A DNA stretch of 62,821 nt, filler included, from 4 parts of 4 records of this genome joined end to end with filler, not necessarily neighbours in it, one strand, 5' to 3'; shown: positions 22,797 through 34,303, numbered from the whole stretch's first letter. The notes: a model not told the origin generated them from the letters alone. Translations and numbers: made by a program.

Positions 22797-23112
22797 TCAA
22801 ACGCAACGCCTCACCACCCTGCTCGACCAACTGCAACGGGAACTGCAACGGCTGGATCTGTGGGAAACACAGCCACCGGCCCCCGAGGCGTTCGACAGCG
22901 TCGCCCCGTTCTTCGCCGATACCATGGTATTCAGCCAGTGGCTGCAATGGGTGTTCATTGCCCGGTTCCGGGCCCTGCTGGAAGGGGAATACCCGCTGCC
23001 GGCGCAGTGCGACGTGGCACCGATGGCGGAGGAAGCGCTGAAGGATCTGCCTCAGGACACCGAGGCGCTGGTGACGGTGCTGAAGGAATTCGACGACCAC
23101 TTTCCGGGGTAG
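22789..23112 (+). CDS. yqcC: YqcC family (DUF446) protein
   Basis: LW...PPAPEAFDSVAPFFADTMVFSQWLQWVFIARF..LL....PLP....VAPMAEE signature. Confidence 0.88.
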   Translation: MTDQTQRLTTLLDQLQRELQRLDLWETQPPAPEAFDSVAPFFADTMVFSQWLQWVFIARFRALLEGEYPLPAQCDVAPMAEEALKDLPQDTEALVTVLKEFDDHFPG

Positions 23113-23146
23113 AATCCCCACTTTCTCCGATCCCTCAGCATGGCGA

Positions 23147-23239
23147 CGAAGCCACTGTGGGAGGCCGGCTTGCCGGCGAAGGCGTTTCCAAAATGCTGGA
23201 AGGACTTCGCTTGCGAGCAAGCTTCCCACAGCGGCTTCG
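23147..23239. repeat. Inverted REP doublet (REPIN-like hairpin) between convergent genes
   Basis: Left arm CGAAGCCACTGTGGGAGGCCGGCTTGCCGGCGAA (23147-23180); reverse complement of right arm CGAAGCCGCTGTGGGAAGCTTGCTCGCAAGCGAA (23206-23239). Each arm is GTGG plus an internal palindrome; a related copy lies at 45555-45577. Confidence 0.8.
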
Positions 23240-23265
23240 CATCAATGCGGGAGCCACTCCCGGGG

Positions 23266-23916
23266 CTAACCCGCCATGGACAGAATCTTGTCCACCAGCT
23301 TCTCGATCCCCGCGGCGGCTTCCTTGATGCTGCCGGCTTCCATGTAGGCCGGCGTGGTCACCAAACGGTTTTCCTCATCAACGACAAAATCGTCCACCGG
23401 ACACGGCTGATGACGCCCGCCCATCTGTTCAATGGCGGCGGCCACTTCGGTGTTGGAGCCGATGGTACAGGTGGCATCACCAAACAGCAGACCGGTCATG
23501 GTCGGAGAAATGCAGATCAGGCCCACGGGCTTGCCGGCCTTGTGCACGGCCTGGATGAAGTCCTTCACCGGCGGGTGGATACTCATCTCCGCCCCTTTGA
23601 AGGCGAAGTCACACAGGTTCTTGGCGACCCCGAAACCGCCAGGCACGATCAGGGCGTCATAGTCTTCCGCTTTCGCCTGACCCAGCTCGATCACTTCACC
23701 ACGCGCCAGCCGCGCCGCTTCCTTGAGCACATTGCGGGTCTCGCCCTCATCCACTTCACCGGTGAGGTGATTGATCACATGCGCCTGATCGATGTCCGGT
23801 GCGATGCATTGATAGGCCACACCGGCCCGGTCCAGGGCCAGCAGGGTAATGGTGGTCTCATAGATTTCGCTGCCGTCATAGACGCCACAGCCTGCCAGTA
23901 ATACGGCCACTTTCAT
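23266..23916 (-). CDS. elbB: ElbB/ES1 family glyoxalase (DJ-1/PfpI superfamily)
   Basis: KVAVLLAGCGVYDGSEIYE, RNVLKEAARLARG, PGGFGVAKNL, KPVGLICISP, VTTPAYM. Confidence 0.95.
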   Translation of the reverse strand: MKVAVLLAGCGVYDGSEIYETTITLLALDRAGVAYQCIAPDIDQAHVINHLTGEVDEGETRNVLKEAARLARGEVIELGQAKAEDYDALIVPGGFGVAKNLCDFAFKGAEMSIHPPVKDFIQAVHKAGKPVGLICISPTMTGLLFGDATCTIGSNTEVAAAIEQMGGRHQPCPVDDFVVDEENRLVTTPAYMEAGSIKEAAAGIEKLVDKILSMAG

Positions 23917-24566
23917 GATTGCTCTCCTCGTATTTCGGATCCGTCACTGTCACCCCGCAACAACTGACCACTGCCAGCGCCGCAGGCCACCACGGATTTC
24001 ATCATCTGCTCGACACCCACTTGCGGGTGCCGGGTCACCAGATCTTCGTGCACATGATATATAAAACCGGTGGTGGGATTGGGCCCGGTGGGCACGAACA
24101 CGGTCACCCGGCCATTGCCATGGTGCGAGGTTATCAAACCCATCACCGAGACGTCCGCCTGACGTCCGTACAGCCATATCTGGGCCACTTCGCCCCGATG
24201 AAAAGGACTGTCCTCATCCTTGCCGAAAACCTGAAGAATGATTTCCTTGACCAGCCGGTAGCCCGGCAGCCGGATCATGGTGCGCGCCTCGAAGCGCTGC
24301 CACAACCAGCTTCCCAGGCGGGTCGCCACCAGGGTGCCCACCAGGAAACAGAACACTACCAGCACCGCCACCACCACCCAATCAGCGGCGAACTTCGGCA
24401 ATCCGAAGGTATGCACCACGAACCGGGTGAACGGCGCGATCAGGCTGGTGACCGCATCGTAAAGCCACTTGAAGAAGAACGCGATGATCGAGATCGGCAG
24501 CAGAATGATGACGCCGCCGATCAACGATTTGCGCACGAAAAACCAGAAACCTCGATCCGCTTTCAT
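23913..24566 (-). CDS. DUF502 membrane protein
   Basis: GGVIILLPISI, two TM segments, RLPGYRLVK, VFVPTGPNPTTGF; ATG overlaps the greB stop and its own stop overlaps the elbB start. Confidence 0.88.
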   Translation of the reverse strand: MKADRGFWFFVRKSLIGGVIILLPISIIAFFFKWLYDAVTSLIAPFTRFVVHTFGLPKFAADWVVVAVLVVFCFLVGTLVATRLGSWLWQRFEARTMIRLPGYRLVKEIILQVFGKDEDSPFHRGEVAQIWLYGRQADVSVMGLITSHHGNGRVTVFVPTGPNPTTGFIYHVHEDLVTRHPQVGVEQMMKSVVACGAGSGQLLRGDSDGSEIRGEQS

Positions 24567-25078
24567 GGGGCTGCTTCCGGAAACTGATACCAGATTTTGT
24601 TGACGTAAAGACAACGTTCCCCGGCGGGGGTTCTCACCCAGGCTTCGTCATCCTCCCGTTTACCAAGCAAAGCGCGGGCCAGGGGCGCGTCGACGCTGAT
24701 GTAACCCTGTCCACCGTCGGCCTCATCCGGCCCGACCAGACGGTACCGATGAGTGTTGCCATCCTCGTCCTCCACTTCCACCCAGGCGCCAAAGAAAACC
24801 TTGCCGGTATCCTCCGGCGGCCGGTCCACCACCACCATGCCGTCCAGGCGTTTGCTGAGAAAGCGGATCCGGCGATCGATCTCGCGCAACTGCTTCTTGC
24901 CGTAGATATACTCGGCGTTCTCCGAACGATCCCCCTGGGCGGCGGCCTCCTGTACCGCCTGCGTCACCTGGGGACGGGTTTCTTTCCACAGGGTCTGCAA
25001 TTCCCGGTTCATGGCCTGATAGCCCTCGGGCGTGATGTATTTGGAACCCGGGGTGCCCCGGGGTCGCCAACGTCCCAT
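24563..25078 (-). CDS. greB: Transcription elongation factor GreB
   Basis: MGRWRP..YITPEG, AAAQGDRSENAEYIYGKKQLREIDRRIRFL, ISVDAPLARALLGK; GAGG RBS upstream. Confidence 0.96.
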   Translation of the reverse strand: MGRWRPRGTPGSKYITPEGYQAMNRELQTLWKETRPQVTQAVQEAAAQGDRSENAEYIYGKKQLREIDRRIRFLSKRLDGMVVVDRPPEDTGKVFFGAWVEVEDEDGNTHRYRLVGPDEADGGQGYISVDAPLARALLGKREDDEAWVRTPAGERCLYVNKIWYQFPEAAP

Positions 25079-25262
25079 AGCCTTCCTCAATGGATCAACC
25101 TTGCCGGCATTGGTAAACTGCCCGGCGCACATCGCGCTATCATCTCGCGATTGTTACGTCACAGCCAGCGGCGCCCCGCCGCCCTGGCGCCGATCGGCTT
25201 ACCGAGTCCCCATCGAGGCTGATGAACCAAGGCTTTCAAACACGACTCTCACTGTAAGGTAA

Positions 25263-26279
<1,017 letters not shown>

Positions 26280-26291
26280 GACTCTGGTGAA

Positions 26292-26323
26292 GGAAGGCCG
26301 GAAACACACCGGCCTTCCCCTTC
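26292..26323. terminator. GC-rich hairpin, probable terminator between convergent hemB and the TonB receptor gene
   Basis: GGAAGGCCGG-aaacaca-CCGGCCTTCC followed by ccttctc. Confidence 0.6.
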
Positions 26324-26329
26324 TCCATA

Positions 26330-28447
26330 TCAGAACCGGTAACGCACATCCCCCAGGATCATCCGCCGCTCTCCATAACCGCAGTCATAGCCCTCGCCCC
26401 GGCACCAGGAAACGTATTCCTTGTCCGCCAGATTCTTGCCGGTAAGAGTGAAATCCCAGGGCCCGGTGGTGTAACCGATCATGGCGTCATACAACGTCAC
26501 CGACGGCACCTCGGGCCCAACACCATTTCCGTAATCGTAGCCAACGGTCGTTCCCTGGTAGCGGACACCGGCACCGAAGCGCAAGCCGTTCTCCATTTCG
26601 TATTTACCCCAGGCGGAGGCAACTTCCTCGGCGACGAAGGGCAGCCGCTCCCCGCTGGTATCCTGCTTGGCGTCCAGTTTGGTGTAGCTCGCCAACAGGC
26701 TGAGGTTGCGCCACCGTTTCTTGATACCGACTTCCCAGCCGTCGGCGGTGGCACCGGTTTGATCCACCTCCTGGGGGTTGGTCCCCGACGTCATGACCCG
26801 GTTGGTTTCCTCGATATCGAACCAGGCGGCGGTGACTTCCCAATCCTTGGCGGGTGAAAGGTACTTGATGCCCGCCTCGCGCTGTTCACCGGTGGTGGGA
26901 TCGAGCGACTGACCACCGGAGGTCCCCAGGTTGGGAACAAACGATTCCGAATAGCTGATGTAGGGTGACAAACCAAAATCGAACCGGTACATCAGGCCGA
27001 GACGGCCGGTGGTGGCGTGATCGTCCTTGTCAGTGTCCGCGCCATTCACCACCAGCGTGGTGCTGGTGGTGTCGTCATAACGCAGGGCGCCGGACACCAC
27101 CACGCGGCCCACTTCCATGTGATCGACCAGGTAAACGCCCGTCTGTTTCAGCTCATTGTCGTTCATGTCCTGAGGATCAAGGGCCGCGTAATTGACGTCG
27201 CCGTAGACCGGATCGTAGACGTTGATCGGCGTACCCACCCCGGAGAAGGTGTTGTCCTCGGTCCAGAGCGCGTCCTGCCGATCCACTCCGATTACGATGT
27301 TGTGGTGGGTAACGCCCACGTCGATGTTACCTTTGAGGCGGACGTCGAAGTTCAACACCTCCGTGCCCTTGTCGGACATGTAGATGGCCCGGTTGATCAT
27401 GCCGTCGGCATCCGGCGGGGAGCCGATGGCGGCCCAATGCTCCCGGGTCTCGGTGTCACTCTCCGAATAACGTGCGGTCAGGCCGATGGACCATTGCTCG
27501 TCAAGACGCTGATCGACCAGCAGCGAAACCTCATCCCGGCGGCGGTCATAACGGTCCCAGTCGGGCTCGCCGACAAAGGTTTCGGACCCGATATCACCCA
27601 ACGGACCGGGATCGATGGTGCCCTCGGACGGCAGAAACTGGGCGGACACCGCCCCGTTATCCTCCTGACTGTTGAACAACAGGCTGATGGTGGTGTCATC
27701 GGTGGGCAGCCAGGTGATGGACGGCGCGAACAAATAGCCATCGTCGTCGACGTGGTCCACCTGCGTGCCGCTGTCACGCTTGAGGGCCACCAGCCGATAC
27801 AACAGCCTGCCATCTTCCGACAGAGGGCCGGTGACATCCGCGGCGATCTGCTTGCGATCGAACGAGCCCACCTGCGCCCACAGCTCCCCCTGCTTTTCCG
27901 CCTTCGGCAATTTGGAAACGGCATTGATGATACCGCCCAGTTCCGATTGTCCATACAGGACCGAAGAAGGCCCCTTGAGAACCTCGATACTTTCCAGGGC
28001 GTACAGGTTGGGGCGCACCGTATTGTAGGAACCGTACAGATAACGCAGCCCGTCGACATAGAACGACGGCTCCATCCCACGCACCTTGGCCGAGTCGATC
28101 CGGGTATCGAAGCCGAAGTTACCGCTATGCACACCGGGCGAATACAACAAGGCATCCTGGATATTCTTGGCGCCGGTATCTTCCATGGTTGCCCGGTCCA
28201 CCACCTCGATAGCGAACGGCTGGCGTTCCACCGCCACCGGCAGTTTGCCGCCCGCGGCGGGGCGGTCCAGCGTAATGTAGTTTTCGCGCTCGGGAGCGTC
28301 CGTGCTCACCTCCACCGGGTCGAGTACATTGGTGGCCGCCTCGGCCAGGGCCAGGGATGGTGAAAAAGCCCAAAGGGGCAGCAATACCCCGGCCAAACCA
28401 AGGGGACGGCCCCCACCGCGCACCCCGGTCACTGTGTGATGATTCAT
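26330..28447 (-). CDS. TonB-dependent siderophore receptor (FhuA/FoxA-like), 705 aa
   Basis: Signal peptide, plug motifs (IQDALLYSPGV, LESIEVLKGPSSVLYGQSELGGIINAVSKLP), beta-barrel, KNLADKEY, C-terminal YRF. ATG 28447 has a GGGAG RBS; the longer ORF-track start runs through the promoter. Confidence 0.93.
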   Translation of the reverse strand: MNHHTVTGVRGGGRPLGLAGVLLPLWAFSPSLALAEAATNVLDPVEVSTDAPERENYITLDRPAAGGKLPVAVERQPFAIEVVDRATMEDTGAKNIQDALLYSPGVHSGNFGFDTRIDSAKVRGMEPSFYVDGLRYLYGSYNTVRPNLYALESIEVLKGPSSVLYGQSELGGIINAVSKLPKAEKQGELWAQVGSFDRKQIAADVTGPLSEDGRLLYRLVALKRDSGTQVDHVDDDGYLFAPSITWLPTDDTTISLLFNSQEDNGAVSAQFLPSEGTIDPGPLGDIGSETFVGEPDWDRYDRRRDEVSLLVDQRLDEQWSIGLTARYSESDTETREHWAAIGSPPDADGMINRAIYMSDKGTEVLNFDVRLKGNIDVGVTHHNIVIGVDRQDALWTEDNTFSGVGTPINVYDPVYGDVNYAALDPQDMNDNELKQTGVYLVDHMEVGRVVVSGALRYDDTTSTTLVVNGADTDKDDHATTGRLGLMYRFDFGLSPYISYSESFVPNLGTSGGQSLDPTTGEQREAGIKYLSPAKDWEVTAAWFDIEETNRVMTSGTNPQEVDQTGATADGWEVGIKKRWRNLSLLASYTKLDAKQDTSGERLPFVAEEVASAWGKYEMENGLRFGAGVRYQGTTVGYDYGNGVGPEVPSVTLYDAMIGYTTGPWDFTLTGKNLADKEYVSWCRGEGYDCGYGERRMILGDVRYRF

Positions 28448-28483
28448 GATGACTCCCATACTGCATGGACATTGGCAAGACCA

Positions 28484-28505
28484 TAAAATGATAACAATTA
28501 TCAAT
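28484..28505. promoter_or_regulatory. Fur box upstream of the TonB receptor
   Basis: TGATAAC-A-ATTATCA (28489-28503), one mismatch to the 7-1-7 Fur inverted repeat, in an AT-rich tract ~40 nt upstream of the start codon. Confidence 0.8.
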
Positions 28506-28701
28506 ACGATAAGCATTAGTATATTAATTTCACAAACTTGCATTAATCCTTCTTGACGCTGCTGGCGATGCCCCCTGCCACCTACCCCGGACGTGACCAC
28601 CACAATCCATGGTCTGAACGAAAATCTATTTGGTGGCTGTCATTGCCATGTCATATTAGTGTCATCCAATAGAGGGCCTCTCCCCGGGCCAGGATGTCAT
28701 C

Positions 28702-30786
28702 ATGAACGCCAACGCCAATCAGCCGTCCATGGACTTGAGCAACCCCGACAACTACATCAACCGCGAACTTAGTCTGCTGCAGTTCAACCTGCGGGTGCTG
28801 GAGCAGGCCATGGATGAGCGCCATCCCCTGATGGAGCGCCTCAACTTCCTGCTGATTTTCTCTTCCAACATGGATGAGTTCTTCGAGATCCGGGTCGCGG
28901 GGTTGCGCAATCAGATGGAAACCGGCACCGGCACGCCGGGACCGGACGGTATGCTGCCTCAAGAGGTGCTGGCGGAGATCTCGCGCATTACCCACGAAGC
29001 GGTGCAGCGCCAATACCACATCCTGCAGGACATCCTGCTGCCGGCCCTGGCCGAGGAAGGCGTCCACTTCCTGCGCCGCGAGCATTGGACGGAAGCCCAG
29101 GCCGAGTGGGTCAAGAAATACTTCCGTGACCAGGTCTACCCCGTGCTCACGCCTATCGCCCTGGACCCGGCCCACCCGTTCCCGCGACTGGTCAACAAGA
29201 GCCTCAATTTCATCGTGCCACTGGACGGCAAGGACGCCTTCGGCCGTTCCACCGGTCTGGCCATCGTGCCGGCACCACGATCATTGCCTCGCCTGATCCG
29301 GCTGCCCGATGAGGTGTGCGAAAACGGCGACGATAATTTCATCTTCCTCTCTTCCATGATCCATGCCCACGTCAGCGATCTGTTTCCAGGCATGAAAGCC
29401 ACCGGCTGCTACCAGTTCCGCGTCACCCGCAACGCGGATCTGGAGGTGGACGAGGATGTGGAGGATCTGGCCAGCGCGCTCAAAGGGGAGTTACTGTCCC
29501 GGCGCTACGGCGACGAGGTAAGGTTGGAAGTGGCGGATAACTGCCCTCAGCATCTGATCGACTATCTGCTGGAACAGTTCGAACTGGGCCAGGTGGATGC
29601 CTATAAGGCCAATGGGCCGGTGAACCTGGCGCGCATGTTCACCAGCGTCAACCGGCCGCGCCTGCACTACCCGCCATTCACGCCCCGGGTGCCGGCACCG
29701 GTGCGCAAATACGAAAGCATTTTCGATGCCATCGACCAGGGCGATATCCTGCTGCATCACCCGTTCGAGAGCTTCAGCCCGGTGGTCAATCTGTTGGCCG
29801 AAGCGGCCCGGGATCCCAAGGTTCTGGCGATCAAACAAACCCTGTATCGCACCGGTACCAACTCGGAGATTCTCGATCATCTGGAGACCGCCGCCCGTAA
29901 TGGCAAGGAAGTCATCGCGGTGGTGGAACTGCGCGCCCGCTTCGATGAGGAGTCCAACATCGAGGGGGCCCGCCGCCTGCAGGAGGCCGGCGCCATCGTG
30001 GTATACGGCGTGGTGGGCTATAAAACCCACTCAAAAATGCTGCTGGTGCTGCGCCGGGACGGCGACGGCATGAAACGCTACGCGCATCTGGGCACCGGCA
30101 ACTATCACACCAAGACCACCAAGTTCTACACTGACTACGGGCTGCTCACCGCCGAGCCGGGAATCTGCCAGGACGTGCACAAGATCTTCCAGGAACTCAC
30201 CGGCATGGGTAAGGCGGCACGGCTCAAGCAACTCAAGCATGCGCCGTTCACCCTGCATCCAAGCCTGATGGAATGGATCGAGTTCGAGACCGAGCAGGCC
30301 CGTGCCGGCAAACCGGCGCGGATCATCGCCAAGTTCAACTCCCTCACCGAAGAGCACATCATGCAGGCGCTGTACCGGGCCAGTCAGGCGGGGGTGGAGA
30401 TCGATTTGATCGTGCGAGGGATCTGCTGTCTGCGACCGGGCATTCCCGGCCTGTCGGAAAATATCCGGGTCCGCTCCATCATCGGCCGCTTCCTGGAACA
30501 CACCCGTATTTATCATTTTCACCACGCTGGCGAGGATCTTGTGTACTGCGCCAGTGCCGACTGGATGGACCGCAATCTGTTCAACCGGGTGGAAACCTGC
30601 TTCCCGGTCAATGACCCCAAACTCAAGAAACAGATATTGGAGGAAGGCCTGCACTTCTATCTGCGCGACAATACCCAGGCTTGGTTGCTGAGCGCGGACG
30701 GCAGCTACCGGCGGGCCGAACCCGCCCCCGGCGAGGAGCCGTTCCTGGCTCAACAGGCCTTGCTGGAAGCACTCAGCAACGGTTGA
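28702..30786 (+). CDS. ppk1: Polyphosphate kinase 1
   Basis: [86 protein letters not shown]. Confidence 0.98.
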   Translation: MNANANQPSMDLSNPDNYINRELSLLQFNLRVLEQAMDERHPLMERLNFLLIFSSNMDEFFEIRVAGLRNQMETGTGTPGPDGMLPQEVLAEISRITHEAVQRQYHILQDILLPALAEEGVHFLRREHWTEAQAEWVKKYFRDQVYPVLTPIALDPAHPFPRLVNKSLNFIVPLDGKDAFGRSTGLAIVPAPRSLPRLIRLPDEVCENGDDNFIFLSSMIHAHVSDLFPGMKATGCYQFRVTRNADLEVDEDVEDLASALKGELLSRRYGDEVRLEVADNCPQHLIDYLLEQFELGQVDAYKANGPVNLARMFTSVNRPRLHYPPFTPRVPAPVRKYESIFDAIDQGDILLHHPFESFSPVVNLLAEAARDPKVLAIKQTLYRTGTNSEILDHLETAARNGKEVIAVVELRARFDEESNIEGARRLQEAGAIVVYGVVGYKTHSKMLLVLRRDGDGMKRYAHLGTGNYHTKTTKFYTDYGLLTAEPGICQDVHKIFQELTGMGKAARLKQLKHAPFTLHPSLMEWIEFETEQARAGKPARIIAKFNSLTEEHIMQALYRASQAGVEIDLIVRGICCLRPGIPGLSENIRVRSIIGRFLEHTRIYHFHHAGEDLVYCASADWMDRNLFNRVETCFPVNDPKLKKQILEEGLHFYLRDNTQAWLLSADGSYRRAEPAPGEEPFLAQQALLEALSNG

Positions 30787-30810
30787 AACCACCCTTGCTT
30801 CCTTGGTGGA

Positions 30811-30839
30811 GCGCGGCGGAGACTCTGCCTCCGCCGCGC
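30811..30839. terminator. Hairpin between convergent ppk1 and the AraC gene
   Basis: GCGCGGCGGAG-actctgc-CTCCGCCGCGC. Confidence 0.55.
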
Positions 30840-30853
30840 CATTAGTACCCGAG

Positions 30854-31723
30854 TCAATCTCGTAACGGCAGATAGAGATCCGTTACCAGCTCGTGCTCCG
30901 GGGTTTCCGGCATCAGATTCAGATAGTGAAAGAACAACGGAAAATCCCTTAGCTCCTCGCCGCTTTCCGGCAGCCATTCCCGGTAAAGGAAGTACGCGCC
31001 ATCGCCGATACGATCATGGGAACCGAAATGCCGTACCACGGCGCAACGGCCGGCGGGAATCACTTTGTTCCTCACGCCCTGAGGGTTTTCCGGCACTTCA
31101 GCGCCCACCGTCCCGCACACCTCGAAGCGGAACTGCTCTGGCGCCGCCAAAGCGGGATCATCGTGCGCCAGGCCATAGGTGGCACTGGTTTTTACCGGCG
31201 ACAGACCGGTTTCCTTGCGCCACTGCATAAACCGTTTGGCGGTGTCGTTGACGGTCTCCGGGGGCCCTATGTGCTCCAGAGCCGCGACGCGGGTCTCGGG
31301 GAAATGAACGATCTTCACTTGCATATTGGCTGTCCTTGTTCGAATCGGGAAACGATACTGTTGATTCCACGGCTCCCAGGCCGGGTCTTGACGGAATTGA
31401 GTCGGTGTTTGCCCGAAGGCCTGCTTGAACGCCCGTGAAAACGACTCCGGATTTTCGAAGCCCGCCTCCAGGGCTATATCAATAACGCGGGTATCATCTT
31501 CAAAGGCCAGTTGGTAAGAAGCCCGGCGCAACCGCATCAGTTGGATATAGCGGCATACGCTGATTCCGGCGTACAGGGAAAACTGGCGGTGAAAGTGGAA
31601 CTTGGAAAAGTTCGCCACGCGGCTCAAATGATCGACCGAAAGATCCTCGGACAAATGGTCATTGATGTAATCAAACACCAGCCCGAAGCGGTCGTCATAC
31701 TTCACCGCTTTACTTTCAGCCAT
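30854..31723 (-). CDS. AraC-family regulator with C-terminal GyrI-like effector-binding domain
   Basis: LSRVANFSKFHFHRQF, IALEAGFENPESFSRAFKQAFGQTPTQFR, IPAGRCAVVRHFGS, LYREWLPESG, TDLYLPL; ATG 31723 with GAGGAGG RBS. Confidence 0.92.
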   Translation of the reverse strand: MAESKAVKYDDRFGLVFDYINDHLSEDLSVDHLSRVANFSKFHFHRQFSLYAGISVCRYIQLMRLRRASYQLAFEDDTRVIDIALEAGFENPESFSRAFKQAFGQTPTQFRQDPAWEPWNQQYRFPIRTRTANMQVKIVHFPETRVAALEHIGPPETVNDTAKRFMQWRKETGLSPVKTSATYGLAHDDPALAAPEQFRFEVCGTVGAEVPENPQGVRNKVIPAGRCAVVRHFGSHDRIGDGAYFLYREWLPESGEELRDFPLFFHYLNLMPETPEHELVTDLYLPLRD

Positions 31724-31827
31724 ACCGCACCTCCTCAACACGCGGCCACTATGCCCGCGGGCGGCGGCGGCATCCTGACCGAAATTGCTGAGTTTCGGGG
31801 AAAAACCGGGGCGCGCGCCCCGGTGGA

Positions 31828-33318
31828 TCAGATCACCACAAGACGGTAGTCGCTGCTCTGGAAGAACTCCTGCTCCTGTTCCAGATCCGCCTGGGTCAGC
31901 GGGTGTTCCTCCAGCCAGCCTTGCGGGAAGCTCAGCGTCAACACCTTGCCGTCGGCGACCAGGCTTAACGGCGGCAGCGGCTCGGCGCTGCGTGCATGAT
32001 GCAGGCGACAGGCCAGACGCAGCAGCAGGCACAAGCGCAGCAGCGGTTCCCGTTCTTCATCGTCCCATTCCGACAGCGCCGACAGCGGCAACTTGCGGCG
32101 GTGGCCGCGCACCAGCAGCGCCACCGCCGCCTGTTCCTGACGCGAGAAACCGGGCAGGTCGGCGTTGGAAAGCATATAAGCGCCATGCTTGTGGAACTGG
32201 CTGTGAGAGACGGTCAGGCCCACTTCATGCAATAACGCCGCCCAGCGCAGGGTATCCAGCAGCGCCTCATCATCCAGCGACCACGCCTCCGCCACCGACC
32301 GATGCAACGCCATCACGGTGTCGTGTACCCGGCGCGCCTGGGCCGGCTCCACCCGGTAGCGGTCCATTACCGCCTGCACGCTGCGCTCACGGACATCCTC
32401 ATGGGTAAAACGCCCCAGCAGGTCATAGAGCAACCCTTCGCGCAGGGCGCCGGCGGATACCGTCATATGGGTAATGCCCAGCTGCCGGAAGATCCCCAGC
32501 AGGATGGCCAGCCCGGAGGCAAAAATCGGCTTGCGGTCCTCGCGTAAACCTTTCAGGGACAAGGCGTCCGCGGACCCGGCTTTCACCACTTTGCGAGCGA
32601 TTTTCTCCAGCGCTTCCAGGGTAATGCCATGATCAGTGAGGCCTCCTTCCTCACACACCTGGGCAATGGCTTTGATAGTGCCGGAGGCACCCACCGCCTG
32701 AGTCCATCCCATCCGCCGGTAATTGGCCTCGATCGACAGCACTTCCTGGCGAGCGGCGGTGACCGCTCTGGCCATGCCCGCCTCGGTGATACGGCCATCG
32801 GCGAAGAAGCGTTGGCGGAAACTGACACAGCCCATATGCAGGGACTCGGTCTCCACCGCCTCGAACCCTTCGCCGATAATCAGTTCACTGGAACCGCCGC
32901 CGATGTCCACCACCAGCCGGCTGCCGCCATTGGCGGCGAGACTGTGAGCCACCCCCAGGTAAATCAGGCGAGCTTCTTCACGGCCGGCCACCACCTCGAT
33001 GTCATGGCCAAGAACCTGCTCGGCACGGGCGATAAACGCCTTGGCGTTACGCGCCATGCGCAGGGTGTTGGTGCCCACTACCCGGACATTGCCCCGGCGC
33101 ACTCCGGTGATCCGCTGAGCAAACCGGGCCAGACACTCCAGTGCCCGCTGTTGGGTTTCCTCATCCAGTCGGTTGTCCCTGTCCAGACCGCTGCCCAGCT
33201 GCACCTTTTCCGAGAGACCTTCCAGCAGGCGTACTTCTCCCTGATCCTGACGCGCCACCACCATATGAAAACTATTGGAGCCCAGATCGATGGCCGCCAG
33301 TTGCTCGCCTTGTCGCAA
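31828..33318 (-). CDS. ppx: Exopolyphosphatase (Ppx/GppA family)
   Basis: AAIDLGSNSFHM, GTNTLR, GREEARLIYLGV, DIGGGSSE, GASGT, GALREGLL, AALLHEVG. TTG 33318 chosen for its GAGGG RBS; start uncertain. Confidence 0.95.
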   Translation of the reverse strand: MRQGEQLAAIDLGSNSFHMVVARQDQGEVRLLEGLSEKVQLGSGLDRDNRLDEETQQRALECLARFAQRITGVRRGNVRVVGTNTLRMARNAKAFIARAEQVLGHDIEVVAGREEARLIYLGVAHSLAANGGSRLVVDIGGGSSELIIGEGFEAVETESLHMGCVSFRQRFFADGRITEAGMARAVTAARQEVLSIEANYRRMGWTQAVGASGTIKAIAQVCEEGGLTDHGITLEALEKIARKVVKAGSADALSLKGLREDRKPIFASGLAILLGIFRQLGITHMTVSAGALREGLLYDLLGRFTHEDVRERSVQAVMDRYRVEPAQARRVHDTVMALHRSVAEAWSLDDEALLDTLRWAALLHEVGLTVSHSQFHKHGAYMLSNADLPGFSRQEQAAVALLVRGHRRKLPLSALSEWDDEEREPLLRLCLLLRLACRLHHARSAEPLPPLSLVADGKVLTLSFPQGWLEEHPLTQADLEQEQEFFQSSDYRLVVI

Positions 33319-33461
33319 ATTGTTCCCTCTCTGCCAAGCTGCGGAAATGGCGACCGTCACCGGCGCGCCCCGTGGTTTGATTTTCGGCGCCGCAACGGCG
33401 CGCCGCAACCAGCAATCGCCCCCGTCATAGGGTCCGGCTGTCAGCGTAATCGACCTTCACG

Positions 33462-33490
33462 CTTGAAATCCCACGTTGGCGGCCCGATAG
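33462..33490 (+). promoter_or_regulatory. Possible sigma32-type promoter of trxA
   Basis: CTTGAAA-N14-CCCGATAG resembles the RpoH consensus CTTGAAA-N13/15-CCCCATNT, ending 36 nt before the ATG. Confidence 0.4.
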
Positions 33491-33526
33491 TATCAATCCC
33501 GCGAAACCCTTAAGCAGGAGATATTC

Positions 33527-33853
33527 ATGAGCGGCGAGATTATCAACGTGACCGACGCCGACTTCGAGGACAAGGTCCTCAAGGCGGACGGTCCGGTTCT
33601 GGTGGACTACTGGGCACCGTGGTGCGGCCCGTGCAAGATGGTGGCGCCGATCCTGGAAGACCTGTCCAAGGAATACGCCGACAAGCTGACCATCGCCAAG
33701 CTGAACATTGATGAGAACCCGGATACCCCGCGCAAATACGGCGTACGGGGCATCCCGACCCTCACCGTGTTCAAGAACGGCGACGTCGAAGCCACCAAAG
33801 TGGGCGCGCTGTCCAAGTCCCAGCTCTCCGCTTTCCTGGACAGCACCCTGTAG
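33527..33853 (+). CDS. trxA: Thioredoxin 1
   Basis: [26 protein letters not shown]; upstream of rho. Confidence 0.98.
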   Translation: MSGEIINVTDADFEDKVLKADGPVLVDYWAPWCGPCKMVAPILEDLSKEYADKLTIAKLNIDENPDTPRKYGVRGIPTLTVFKNGDVEATKVGALSKSQLSAFLDSTL

Positions 33854-34303
33854 TACGCTGTCAGTCCCGGCCAGCCCGTAATCAATTCGTCCCCTATCCG
33901 TTTGATTATGGGCTGGACAGGCGCCGACCCACGGTGGTACATTCCAAAACCAGCGTTTTCGCACCCTCAAGCAGGGGATCTCTAATTCATTTGTTCTTGA
34001 GTTAAGATTCACCCATGGCCTCGCGTCAGGGGCGGCATCGGTGGGTGATTTTCGGCAGGGGGACATCCCTTCATTACCCATGATTCGACAACAGGCCTGA
34101 GCACGCCGGCCGGATGTCCTGATATTTCCCACCGAAACCTCACGAACCAATCAATTAGAGATTTCCACGGCTTTGCCGGCTAAGCGCTCCAGAACGACGT
34201 GCCCTCATCGTAGGGACAACGAATCCGGTAACCGGACTTTCATAAAACAACACCGTCCCCAGGTGTTTTCCAATCATTCATTCTCTAGACACCCAACACA
34301 CCA

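Noticed and set aside
28448-28603. 52-aa N-terminal extension of the TonB receptor; similar extensions for xerC, ubiD, AraC and both LysR ORFs
   Set aside because: The extensions run through promoters or neighbouring genes; downstream starts fit the family N-termini and most have a recognisable RBS.
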